The position numbers and the translations under genes were made by a program. 64,000 nucleotides of DNA from contig QPMI01000179.1 of the NCBI GenBank assembly GCA_004431415.1, positions 130,987 through 194,986 on the forward strand, in the 5' to 3' direction. How positions within the stretch are numbered: the stretch's first letter is position 1; the number at the start of each line of letters is the position of its first letter. Source of the DNA: Cyanophora paradoxa CCMP329 (taxonomy: Eukaryota > Plantae > Glaucophyta). The notes under the pieces were generated by a model that had not been told where the DNA came from, did not search any database, and was given only the letters and a program-made list of their open reading frames with translations. Shown here piece by piece: positions 1 to 11,199 of the stretch.

Positions 1-2
1 CC

Positions 3-908
3 TCTGGTGCTAAGCCACCCCGCTTCCTCATTCGCCTTGGCGCCCAAGCCTTCCTGGCTGAACTCAAAACGATGGCACTTAACCTTTCCAAGCCAGATTG
101 TGTCTTCATGTCGTCGCTTCCTGTTGAGTGTGTAGAGCTGAATTCTGAGAACACCATCCCCTTCAATCCCTTCAAACTCGCTGGCTTGGATAAGTCCATT
201 CCTTCTCCAGTTTTTCTGGAAGCTGCCTTTACTCAGCCTGTACTTGATATGGTCGCTAAGACCACTTTCACTGGCTCTGGCTCCTGCTATGATCTTCTTT
301 GTCGCCCTGAGCTCGGTGATTTCCCTGCTGCTCATACCGATCGTGCTCATCTTAGTCTCATTTTGAAAGTGCCCTTGGCTTCTATGCTCTTCCAGAGCCT
401 CGAGCGTCGTACTAGTTTCATCAAGCCTCGGCCCGCTCGGCCCCTCGCCATGCGTTCCCTCATGATTCTTGGCTCGGGTAACTACATTCACAAATTTTAT
501 GTGCAGACTCTTCTTCCTGAGTACTCTTCTCTTGAGTATTATTCCTCTCTTGCTCACAATGGCAAGGCTCTCGATCCTTCTTCTTACTCTTTTGCCTCTA
601 CCTCTCCTTGCTACCAGATCCCTTGCCAGGAGCCTGACAAAAATTACAGCATTCTTGATGTCGATGAGCACACCTTCTTGTACCACTTCCATCAGGATCC
701 CATGTTTTACTTTTTGCCTGCCTCTGTGCGCCCCCCCCTCGATGCTTTTTATGATGAGGCTCGCAAGCAGCTGGCCCTTGAGAAATCGTTTTCTGATTCA
801 TTTGAGGAAGGTCAGCATCTCGATGGCACTGGCCGTAGCCCTAGTGCTAAGCGTTCTCGCCCCTCTGATCCCTCTACTCCTTCTGGTTCTAATGACACAA
901 TTGTGTAA
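3..908 (+). CDS. C-terminal part of an unknown protein (frame open to the window edge; first ATG at 72), possibly mobile-element encoded
   Basis: 278-aa ORF from ATG 72, no upstream in-frame stop, strong bias to T-ending codons, basic NLS-like tail PSAKRSRP. No recognisable domain. Confidence 0.4.
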   Translation, partial: SGAKPPRFLIRLGAQAFLAELKTMALNLSKPDCVFMSSLPVECVELNSENTIPFNPFKLAGLDKSIPSPVFLEAAFTQPVLDMVAKTTFTGSGSCYDLLCRPELGDFPAAHTDRAHLSLILKVPLASMLFQSLERRTSFIKPRPARPLAMRSLMILGSGNYIHKFYVQTLLPEYSSLEYYSSLAHNGKALDPSSYSFASTSPCYQIPCQEPDKNYSILDVDEHTFLYHFHQDPMFYFLPASVRPPLDAFYDEARKQLALEKSFSDSFEEGQHLDGTGRSPSAKRSRPSDPSTPSGSNDTIV

Positions 909-1631
909 TTTTCTTCTGTACTTCTAATCTTGAATGATTGTCTTCGGTTTCCCTCTCTCCCGTCTTCCCTAACACCCTGTCTGGCCTGTTAGGGAGCAGG
1001 TCAGTTCAGGAAGTTAGGGCTTTTTCTTTGCATGGGGACCCTACGGCCCGGGTAGGGACTTTGTGCAGCTTGTCTTTCGCAGGTTCTCGAGAGCATCTCT
1101 CATCACTACCCACGCTAGTGGGTCCCTGACGGAGCCTTGCAAGCTCCTTTAGGGGCCTCTGCGGTTCTGTCATACCCAGTCTTGCTGGCGTGGGCGTGTC
1201 TTTTACTTGCTCTCTCTCTCTCTGTTTCACGGCGTTCCCATTTTGCGAATTCATGATATTATTTATCAAGAGGTTGAACAGCGGTATGGCCCTGAAGTTG
1301 CCTAATTGTTGCGAGAAATTAAAAAGATTGGAGATGAAAATGAATAGCCTGAGAAATATGCTGCTATGCATGATTTTATGCTTGGAAACATTTCTGCTGC
1401 TAAACCCAGCACTCCTAATTACAGTCCTCTTGAGCCTCACCCACCTATTATGCATAATATCAACACTGGAGATGCCAAGCCTATTGCTGAGCCCCCACGG
1501 CGACACTCCCAACGTGTACGTTCCGCCAGAATATTCTTTTCTCCGTCCCGAGTGGGGGCAGGAGCTCGCACCGGAAAGGGCTTAAAGATTACGCGAAAAC
1601 ATTTTCTAACCTATATGGTAGAGAGATGCCA

Positions 1632-1877
1632 CGCAAGCTGCTGTCGCCCGAAGAGCGAAAGACATGGGACAAACATTTGCCTTTCGCACTTCTCCCTGTG
1701 CGCAATTATAAAAACCCTTCAACTGGTAACACTCCTTTCGAAATGGTTTATGGACGGCCTTGTGTGTTGCCGACGGATTTGTTGGTGACTCCTGAACTTG
1801 TTCTGGATCCCACTGATGCTGGTTCATACCCGCAGCAGTTGGCTCGCAGATTTTCACAGATTTATTCTGATATCCAA
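1632..1877 (+). pseudogene. Ty3/gypsy integrase core fragment
   Basis: WDKHLPFALLPVRNYKNPSTGNTPFEMVYGRPCVLPTD matches the end of the gypsy integrase core (compare WDKYLAPALFAVRTHVNATTGTSPFFLTYGRDPVMP in the intact element). Truncated by satellite A. Confidence 0.8.
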
Positions 1878-2858
1878 GGTTCTTGTTTGGGGTCAGTGCT
1901 CCCCCTGTTGGCCCCCAAAAATTCACAGGGGTCCACATCCATACAAATCAGTGGGCAGGGAGCCCTGGTTTGATTCAGAGCACTCTGTAAGGTTTGGATT
2001 ATGCAAATGTGTGCCTCTTTTTGGGGTTCTTGTTTGGGGTCAGTGCTCCCCCTATTGCTCCCCAGAATCTCACAGGGGTCCCCACCCACACAAAACAGTG
2101 TGCAGGGAGCCCTGGGGGGTTCCAGAGCACTCTGTAAGGTTTGATTTATGCAAATGTGTGCCTCTTTTTGGGGTTCTTGTTTGGGTTCAGCGCTCCCCCT
2201 GTTGTCCCACAAAACCTCCCGGGGTCCCCACCCACACAAAACAGTGGGCAGGGAGCCCTGGGGTGCTTCAGAGAACTCTGTCAGGTTTGAATTATGCAAA
2301 AGGGTGCCTCTTTAAGGGTTCTTGTTTGGGGTCAGTGCTCCCCCTGTTGTCCCCCAAAAATTCACAGGGGTCCCCATCCATACAAATCAGTGGGCAGGGA
2401 GCCCTGGGGTGTTTCAGAGCACTCTGTAAGGTTTGGATTATGCAAATGTGTGCCTCTTTTTGGGGTTCTTGTTTGGGGTCAGTGCTCCCCCTATTGCTCC
2501 CCAGAATCTCACAGGGGTCCCCACCCACACAAAACAGTGGGCAGGGAGCCCTGGGGTGCTTCCGAGCACTCTGTCAGGTTTGAATTATGCAAATGGGTGC
2601 CTCTTTTTGGGGTTCTTGTTTGGGGTCAGAGCTCCCCCTTTGCTCCCCAAAATCTCACAGGGGTCCATGTCCATACAAAACAGTGGGTAGGAAGCCCTGG
2701 GGGGTTCCAGAGTGAATGGGTGTCTCTTTTTGGGGTTCTTGTTTGGGGTCAGTGCTCCCCCTGTTGCGCCGTCCAAATTTCACAGGGATCCCTGTCCACA
2801 CAAAGCCGTGGGTAGGAAGTCCTGGGGGGTTCCAGAGCACTCTGTCCAGTTGGCATGA
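1878..2858 (+). repeat. Satellite A (~147-bp monomer), trimeric 439-bp higher-order repeat
   Basis: Anchor tcttgtttggg recurs at 1881, 2028, 2175, 2320, 2467 and 2614 (spacing 147/147/145/147/147). Confidence 0.95.
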
Positions 2859-2879
2859 GGGGTCTGCTCCGAGCCACCG

Positions 2880-3354
2880 CTGCTCTACACCTGCCTCACG
2901 CAGGGTGCAGCGGCCGCGGCTGTTCGACGGGCTTCTGTTCTGCTTGTGGGGCACATTCAAAGACCTGGTGAACAAGCAGAACGAACCCCCGTGGAAGAGC
3001 ATCATCGAACTAGTTGAGGGCGCTGGTGGCTCAGTCCTGCATCTTGCAGCCAATGAGACCTATGCCACGGGCTGCATACTGCAGTGTCAATGCCCCCGGG
3101 ACCTATGCCACTCGGTGCAAACGGCAGTGACGGCTGCTTACATTGTATGGTCCCGGGAAACGGTGCGGGCTGAGGGCGCCATGGATACCGAGGAGCTGCT
3201 GCGGCCCTTCCAGCTGGAGCCCCAAGTGCAGGAGCTCTTCAAGACCGCACACGTCGTCACCTCCAAGTGGCTCATCGACTCCATCTCCTGCTACGCCCTT
3301 TGCACCGACACCGCCAACTGCTCTACCTCATCATCTGCGACGCAGTCCGCCTGA
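2880..3354 (+). pseudogene. Fragment encoding a BARD1/BRCA1-type C-terminal BRCT domain
   Basis: PRLFDGLLFCLWGTFK...IIELVEGAGGSVL...VVTSKWLIDSISCY resembles the second BRCT repeat of BARD1/BRCA1. The 5' end is fused to satellite A. Confidence 0.7.
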
Positions 3355-3640
3355 GGAGGACACCCGACTGGTGGAACAAGGTGACAACCGTCGGAATCAG
3401 CAAGATCCTGACGTGGGATGGAAAACTGAAGAACGTACGACCCATCACACTGCTCGAGGTGGGGGACAAGCTCATGAAGGGGATACTGGCGGACCGCCTC
3501 CAGGACATGCTCGTGAAGCAAGGCGCGCTCAAGGGCCAGAACTCGGGTTTTCTGAAAGGAAAAACGACGGAGGACCCCCTCTTTATCCTGCAGGGAATCC
3601 TAGAGGACGCGCACCAGGACGACAATCAGGAGGTCCGTGT
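3355..3640 (+). pseudogene. Non-LTR retrotransposon RT N-terminal fragment
   Basis: W..VTTVGISK...NVRPITLLEVGDKLMKGILADRL...QNSGFLKGKTTEDPLFILQGILEDA matches LINE RT subdomains 0-2. Confidence 0.8.
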
Positions 3641-3654
3641 GGCAAATGGATCCA

Positions 3655-3845
3655 AAACAATAAACTAGAGATACAACACCCATTCTCCTCATGTGAACCT
3701 GACAGAGTGCTCTGGAACACACCAGCACTTCCTACGTACTGTTTTGTGTGGAAGGGGACCCCTGTGAATTTTTGGGGGACGACAGGGGGAGCGCTGACCC
3801 CAAACAAGAAACTAGACTAGAAATAACGACACCCATTCTCCTCAC
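3655..3845 (-). repeat. Satellite A, ~1.3 monomers
   Basis: cctgacagagtgctctggaac / gacccctgtga / ctgaccccaaacaagaa motifs. Confidence 0.9.
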
Positions 3846-3982
3846 GCTTGCCCCGTAGTTCTCAACTCACCACTCTTTCACTGTGTAGCGAGCACGAGCG
3901 GCCTGCGTTTGAAGGACGTGCCATCCACGTTCGCTGCCGATGCTAAAGGCATGCCTTGCTCTGGCCGAAGTCATGGGGCCTT

Positions 3983-4061
<79 letters not shown>

Positions 4062-4104
4062 CGAGCGAGAGAGAGAGAGCGAGAGAGAGCGAGCGAGAGA
4101 GAGC

Positions 4105-4141
<37 letters not shown>

Positions 4142-4143
4142 CG
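3983..4143 (+). repeat. (GA)n microsatellite with GC interruptions
   Basis: About 160 bp of gaga/gagc directly visible. Confidence 0.98.
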
Positions 4144-4145
4144 AT

Positions 4146-7100
4146 CCCAGGGCTCCCTGCACACTGATTTGTATGGATAGGGACCCCTGTAAATTTTTGG
4201 GGGACAACAGGGGGAGCACTGACCCCAAACAAGAACCCCAAAAGAGGCACCCTTTTGCATAATTCAAACCTGACAGAGTGCTCTGAAGCACCCCAGGGCT
4301 CCCTGCCCACTGTTTTGTGTGGGTGGGGACCCGGGGAGGTTTTGTGGGACAACAGGGGGAGCGCTGAACCCAAACAAGAACCCCAAAAAGAGACACCCAT
4401 TCACATTATCCAAACCTGATTGAGTGCTCTGGAACACCCCAGGGCTCCCTGCCCACTGTTTTGTGTGGGTGGGGACCCCTGTGAGATTCTGGAGAGCAAT
4501 AGGGTGAGCACTGACCCCAAAACAAGAAACTAGAAATACAACACCCATTCTCCTAATGTGAACCTGACAGAGTGCTCTGGAACACCCCAGGGCTCCCTGC
4601 CCACTGTTTTGTGTGGGTGGGGACCCCTGTGAGATTTTGGAGAGAGCAATAGGGTGAGCGCTGACCTCAATACAAGAAACTAAAAATACAACACCCCTTT
4701 TCCTCTTGTGGACCTGGCAGAGTGCTCTGGAACCCCCCAGGGCTTACTACCCACTGTTTTGTATGGACATGGACCCCTGTGAGATTCTGGGGAGCAATAG
4801 CGGGAGCTCTGACCCCAAACAAGAACCCCAAAAAGAGGCACAAATTTGCATAAATCAAACCTGACAGAGTGCTCTGAATCGAACCAGGGCTCCCTGCCCA
4901 CTGATTTGTATGGATGTGGACCCCTGTGAATATATGTGGGACAACAGGGGGAGCGCTGAACCCAAACAAGAACCCCTAAAAGAGACACCCATTCACATTA
5001 TCCAAATCTGATTGAGTGCTCTGGAACCCCCCAGGGCTCCCTGCCCACTGTTTTGTGTGGGTGGGGACCACTGTGAGATTCTGGAGAGCAATAGGGTGAG
5101 CATTGACCCCAAACAAGAACCCCAAAAAGAGGCACACATTTGCATAATCCAAACCTGACAGAGTGTTCTGAAACATCCCAGGGCTCCCTGCACACTGATT
5201 TGTATGGATAGGGACCCCTGTAAATTTTTGGGGGACAACAGGGGGAGCACTGACCCCAAACAAGAACCCCAAAAGAGGCACCCTTTTGCATAATTCAAAC
5301 CTGACAGAGTGCTCTGAAGCACCCCAGGGCTCCCTGCCCACTGTTTTGTGTGGGTGGGGACCCGGGGAGGTTTTGTGGGACAACAGGGGGAGCGCTGAAC
5401 CCAAACAAGAACCCCAAAAAGAGACACCCATTCACATTATCCAACTCTGATTGAGTGCTCTGGAACCCCCCAGGGCTCCCTGCACACTGTTTTGTGTGGG
5501 TGGGGACCCCTGTGAGATTCTGGGGAGCAATAGGGGGAGCACTGACCCCAAACAAGAACCCCAAAAAGAGGCACACATTTGCATAAATCAAACCTGACAG
5601 AGTGCTCTGAATCAAACCAGGGCTCCCTGCCCACTGATTTGTGTGGCTGGGGACACCTGTGAATTTTTGGGGACAACAGGGGGAGCACTGACCCCAAACA
5701 AGAACCCAAAACAGGCACCCATTTGCATAATTCAAACCTGACAGAGTGCTCTGAAGCACCCCAGGGCTCCCTGCCCACTGTTTTGTGTGGGTGGGGACCC
5801 CAGGAGGTTTTGTGGGACAACAGGGGGAGCGCTGAACCCAAACAAGAACCCCAAAAAGAGACACCCATTCACATTATCCAACTCTGATTGATTGCTCTGG
5901 AACACCCCAGGGCTCCCTGCACACTGGTTTGTGTGGGTGGGGACCCCTGTGAGATTTTGGAGAGGCAACTGGGGGAAGCCCTGACCCCAAAACAAGCAAC
6001 AAAAAATAAAACACTCATTCTCCTCATGTGAACTTGACAGAGTGCTCTGGAATACCCCAGGGCTTCATGCCCACTGTTTTGTGTGGATGGGGACCCCTGT
6101 GAGATTTTGAAGGGGCAACTGGGGGAAGCGCTGACCTCAATACAAGAAACTAAAAATACAACACCCATTTTCCTCTTGTGGACCTGGCAGAGTGCTCTGG
6201 AACCCCCCAGGGCTTACTACCCACTGTTTTGTATGGACATGGACCCCTGTGAGATTCTGGGGAGCAATAGCGGGAGCTCTGACCCCAAACAAGAACCCCA
6301 AAAAGAGGCACAAATTTGCATAAATCAAACCTGACAGAGTGTTCTAAATCAAACCAGGGCTCCCTGCCCACTGATTTGTATGGATGTGGACCCCTGTGAA
6401 TATATGTGGGACAACAGGGGGAGCACTGACCCCAAACAAGAACCCCAAAAGAGGCACCCATTTGCATAATTCAAACCTGACAGAGTGCTCTGGAACACCC
6501 CAGGGCTCCCTGCCCACTGTTTTGTGTGGGTGGGGACCCCGGGAGGTTTTGTGGGACAACAGGGGGAGCGCTGAACCCAAAAAAGAACCCCAAAAAGAGA
6601 CACCCATTCACATTATCCAAACCTGATTGAGTGCTCTGGAACACCCCAGGGCTCCCTGCCCACTGTTTTGTGTGGGTGGGGACCACTGTGAGATTCTGGA
6701 GAGCAATAGGGTGAGCACTGACCCCAAACAAGAACCCCAAAAAGAGGCACACATTTGCATAATCCAAACCTGACAGAGTGTTCTGAAACATCCCAGGGCT
6801 CCCTGCACACTGATTTGTATGGATAGGGACCCCTGTAAATTTTTGGGGGACAACAGGGGGAGCACTGACCCCAAACAAGAACCCCAAAAGAGGCACCCTT
6901 TTGCATAATTCAAACCTGACAGAGTGCTCTGAAGCACCCCAGGGCTCCCTGCCCACTGTTTTGTGTGGGTGGGGACCCCAGGAGGTTTTGTGGGACAACA
7001 GGGGGAGCGCTGAACCCAAACAAGAACCCCAAAAAGAGACACCCATTCACATTATCCAACTCTGATTGAGTGCTCTGGAACCCCCCAGGGCTCCCTGCAC

Positions 7101-8103
7101 ACTGTTTTGTGTGGGTGGGGACCCCTGTGAGATTCTGGGGAGCAATAGGGGGAGCACTGACCCCAAACAAGAACCCCAAAAAGAGGCACAAATTTGCATA
7201 AATCAAACCTGACAGAGTGCTCTGAATCAAACCAGGGCTCCCTGCCCACTGATTTGTGTGGCTGGGGACACCTGTGAATTTTTGGGGGACAACAGGGGGA
7301 GCACTGACCCCAAACAAGAACCCCAAAACAGGCACCCATTTGCATAATTCAAACCTGACAGAGTGCTCTGAAGCACCCCAGGGCTCCCTGCCCACTGTTT
7401 TGTGTGGGTGGGGACCCCAGGAGGTTTTGTGGGACAACAGGGGGAGCGCTGAACCCAAACAAGAACCCCAAAAAGAGACACCCATTCACATTATCCAACT
7501 CTGATTGATTGCTCTGGAACACCCCAGGGCTCCCTGCACACTGGTTTGTGTGGGTGGGGACCCCTGTGAGATTTTGGAGGGGCAACTGGGGGAAGCCCTG
7601 ACCCCAAAACAAGCAACTAAAAATAAAACACTCATTCTCCTCATGTGAACTTGACAGAGTGCTCTGGAATACCCCAGGGCTTCATGCCCACTGTTTTGTG
7701 TGGATGGGGACCCCTGTGAGATTTTGAAGGGGCAACTGGGGGAAGCGCTGACCTCAATACAAGAAACTAAAAATACAACACCCATTTTCCTCTTGTGGAC
7801 CTGGCAGAGTGCTCTGGAACCCCCCAGGGCTTACTACCCACTGTTTTGTATGGACATGGACCCCTGTGAGATTCTGGGGAGCAATAGCGGGAGCTCTGAC
7901 CCCAAACAAGAACCCCAAAAAGAGGCACAAATTTGCATAAATCAAACCTGACAGAGTGTTCTAAATCAAACCAGGGCTCCCTGCCCACTGATTTGTATGG
8001 ATGTGGACCCCTGTGAATATATGTGGGACAACAGGGGGAGCACTGACCCCAAACAAGAACCCCAAAAGAGGCACCCATTTGCATAATTCAAACCTGACAG
8101 AGT
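4146..8103 (-). repeat. Satellite A array (~27 monomers) with 439-bp trimers inside a 1617-bp (11-mer) higher-order repeat
   Basis: Near-identical translated blocks offset by exactly 1617 bp (5869/7486, 6083/7700, 6150/7767); 1617 = 11 x 147. Confidence 0.95.
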
Positions 8104-8127
8104 GTACAAAACTTCCTGCCCCTTGAG

Positions 8128-8255
8128 GGCGGAGACCTCCGTGAAATTTTGTAGGACATGGGAGGGGAGGGGCGCGATCCTGAGCAAGAAATCGGGGGTG
8201 GAGACCTCTGAAAATTTTGAAGGACATGGGGGGGGGCGATCCTGGGCAAGAAACA
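8128..8255 (+). repeat. Two diverged copies of a ~68-bp unit (fragment of a further tandem repeat)
   Basis: ggagacctc..aaattttg.aggacatggg..gcgatcctg.gcaagaaa occurs twice in tandem. Confidence 0.75.
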
Positions 8256-8374
8256 TGACTGTCAGTGCCTACCTGTTCTGTGAGAGCACTGGGGAGCTCA
8301 CCAGGGAATCTGCACTCAGTCAGGGAACCATAATTTCGCTGGCAGAGGGCTCTGTCTTGGAGTTGGGCCTCACA

Positions 8375-9325
8375 TCAAAAAGGCGAGCAAGTAAATATCC
8401 GACAGTGCTCTAGTTCGTGAAGCCCAGACCATGTAACAACACCATCTCTTTGATTTGGCAAGTCAACTGAACGGTAAGAACACACGTGCCTCTTACCTCC
8501 CATTATGCAGGAGCGACGCAAATGATCTAAGCTCCAGAATGCAGGGTGAAGGTCCGAATCATTGAATGGATGCCTGAAATCTGGAATGTAGCGAGCACCA
8601 TACGCTCGTCCTCCCCATTTTTGACGCACATACTCACAGCTATCTGCTCGAAATGACATCTGGAGAGCATCAGCTGCTGAATCAATACCCATGGATCTTG
8701 CAACCCATGTGCCTGCTAAACCTGGCACTGAAACATTTCGATGCATGAAAAATCCACCCTCTATTACAAGGGACATTCCGTTCGCAAAGAGACGGGCCTC
8801 GTACTCAACGTCTTCACAATACACTGGAAAAATGTTTTCATCAAAAATACCAAGGCGGTGAACCGCTGCAGCCGTCAATGCGAACGCTGAGAAGTGAATG
8901 TTTGACAGAATCATAGCGACATTCGAATCTTCTAGAACAACTCTATCTACACGTGCTGCAAAATCCTCAAGAGATCCTTTGGGAAACCAGGAATCGCCGT
9001 TGACAACAAGCCACCATGCTGAATGTGGAGATCTAGACAGCATAACATTCCACGCCCCAGCGCAGCCGATATTCTCTGCAATGTGAATTATAGTGGCCCG
9101 GGGATGAATCGTGGCTACGGTCTCACGTGCAGACCATAACGACGAATCGCTTCCAGAAGTAAGGACAATAAGGTCATCAAAATCGCAGTCGATTGACTGG
9201 ACAGCGCGAATCAAGAATTCGCCCTCGAATGACGCACTAATCAGTATTGCAGGAACTCGGCACGCCCTCGTGTTGACAGACGAGAGAAGCACGAGCGCGA
9301 GAACGAGTCTGAAGGGTGAGCACAT
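8375..9325 (-). CDS. GT-A fold glycosyltransferase (GT2-like / galactofuranosyltransferase-like), intronless, with N-terminal signal or anchor
   Basis: 316-aa ORF with hydrophobic N-terminus; NIGCAGAWN, WWLVVNGDSWF, FSAFAL..VHRLGIFDENIFPVYCEDVEYEAR are GT2-type motifs. Confidence 0.8.
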   Translation of the reverse strand: MCSPFRLVLALVLLSSVNTRACRVPAILISASFEGEFLIRAVQSIDCDFDDLIVLTSGSDSSLWSARETVATIHPRATIIHIAENIGCAGAWNVMLSRSPHSAWWLVVNGDSWFPKGSLEDFAARVDRVVLEDSNVAMILSNIHFSAFALTAAAVHRLGIFDENIFPVYCEDVEYEARLFANGMSLVIEGGFFMHRNVSVPGLAGTWVARSMGIDSAADALQMSFRADSCEYVRQKWGGRAYGARYIPDFRHPFNDSDLHPAFWSLDHLRRSCIMGGKRHVCSYRSVDLPNQRDGVVTWSGLHELEHCRIFTCSPF

Positions 9326-9377
9326 CGACAGCTAATTCGGACCAAGGGAGTCAGCTGTTGCCTCTCCTATTGCTCAA

Positions 9378-9570
9378 GGGACCCCAGTAAGAATTTGAGG
9401 GGCGATAGGGGGAGCCCTGAACCCAAACAAGAAATCAGAAAAGAGACATGCCTCCTCGTCATTCAAACCTGCTAGATTGCTCTCGTGCACCCCAGGGCAT
9501 CCAGTCCTCTGTCATGTGCGGGTGCGGACCCCTCTAAGGTTTTGGGGGCAAAGGAGGGAGCACCAAACGC
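9378..9570 (-). repeat. Diverged satellite A monomers between the two head-to-head glycosyltransferase genes
   Basis: gatagggggagccctgaacccaaacaagaaatcag...caccccagggc...ggacccct...gggagcac match satellite A with many substitutions. Confidence 0.8.
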
Positions 9571-9663
9571 AAACGATATACTGGCGGAAAAGAGGAGCCT
9601 ATTGGTCACCCCACGAAAGAGGAGCCTATTGGTCACCCAACGCCTTGTTAAAAAAATTGTTTT

Positions 9664-10754
9664 ATGAAATTGTTCAAACAGAACAACATTCCATTCATTC
9701 TTTTGTTGTTATATTTATCGCAGGCGTCGCTCTCCAGAATTCCCAATTCTGTTCACTTTGTTTGGGCTTGCAGCTCAGAAAACTGTGACGGTTTTGGATT
9801 TCTAGAAGTGTCAGCACTGAGAGCAGCGAAATCAGTTTTTCCGGAATACAACCTGTACTTGCACGTGTCGCCATTAAAAAACTTTCCACGAAATAACTGG
9901 ACGGCGGCGGCTGGCCTCTACGCATCAATCATGAATGTTGATCAAATTTCGAATACAGCAGTCCAGCATGTAGAGCACAAGACCGACATACTACGTCTGG
10001 AGCTTCTGGTTCAATTTGGTGGCGTGCTTCAACTAATTTCCTAGTTTCTGACTCTAACATTCATACATGTAGGGGGGGTGTACATGGATCTGGATCACAT
10101 CTCGATGAAGAGTTTGAGCGAATTTCTCGAAGGTGCCAGTGTTGTGCTGTGCAGTGCCTACGAGGGCGGGATCTCCAACGGGGTCTGTAATCGTGATTTG
10201 CCTCCTCTCTTGCCTCCTGATTTTATATCCGTGCAGTTTATTGCAGCTGAAAGAAATAATTCTTTCATCCGAGAGTGGTTGGACCAGTACTTGTACTTCA
10301 ACGACACAGACTGGGATTTTTTCTCTGTTCGTCTCCCTTTCGAGGTACGCCTCATGGGCCTGCCCTGGACCTGCGTCCTCTAAAGATCTGAAGTTACTGA
10401 AAACTGCGCATTTCACTGCTGGAAGGATTTTGATTCTCTCCTGGAATACAATGCTGTACCCTGGAGCATTCTACGTGAGTAAATCTCCTCAAATCTTTTG
10501 CTCAGCCTAAATAATCAAACATTCAGATGCCACTGATGTACGAATTCCTAGTAGATGTAAGCGAGAGCTATGCAGTTCACTTCTATTCCCCTGGAAGAAA
10601 ATTTGTAAATGACCGTGTATGGGATGTGCTGTGCCTCCCACGAAACACAACTGCGAAGTTTGTTTTGCAAAACTTATGGCAAAACTCTTTTGAATGTGAC
10701 TCGAGGTCAGCTACCATGAAATTTGAGTTTCTGGTGACATTTTCCAGTAACTAG
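9664..10754 (+). CDS. GT32-like (DXD sugar-binding) glycosyltransferase, 5 exons; inferred introns 10019-10072, 10183-10236, 10345-10393, 10475-10526
   Basis: Signal anchor, IPNSVHFVW, HKTDILRLELLVQF. Removing four GT-AG introns of 54/54/49/52 bp restores QFGGVYMDLD, ISNG|FIAAE, LPFE|LLK and FY|MPL...YAVHFY in one frame. Confidence 0.85.
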
Positions 10755-10759
10755 TGTTC

Positions 10760-10870
10760 TCAAAGGGGCCCCCACCCACACAAAAACAATGGGCAGGGAG
10801 CACCGGGGTGTTCCAGAGCACTCTGTCAGGTTTGCATGACGAGGAGGGGTATCTCTTTTCTGATTTCTTG
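10760..10870 (+). repeat. Partial satellite A monomer right after the GT32 stop codon
   Basis: cccacccacacaaaaacaatgggcagggagc...ttccagagcactctgtcaggttt. Confidence 0.85.
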
Positions 10871-11029
10871 TACAATAACAATCAGGGTCAATCATATTAA
10901 TCGGGACAACAGGGATGTGCCTTAATAGTAAGACATATCTATCCGCACCTACAGGCCAAGGTATGCATTGCACATACAAAATGCTGTCCTAAACTTCGCC
11001 GTCACTGACGGCGCGCCTCTGCCCACCTA

Positions 11030-11070
11030 CCCCCCCCCCCGACTCCCCCTACCCCCCCTGAATCCCCCCC
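11030..11070 (-). other. Potential G-quadruplex (four G runs of at least 5 on the minus strand)
   Basis: Plus strand C11-gact-C5-ta-C7-tgaat-C7. Confidence 0.5.
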
Positions 11071-11199
11071 AGGGCGGATGGTGATCGTGACTCAGTACGC
11101 GACAGGGGGGCACCGCCCGGCCACCTGATCTAGTGACAACTCTCAGCAGGTTCGAGCACGGGCAGCATCCGCTGATGCACACATAGTGGAATTGACACA

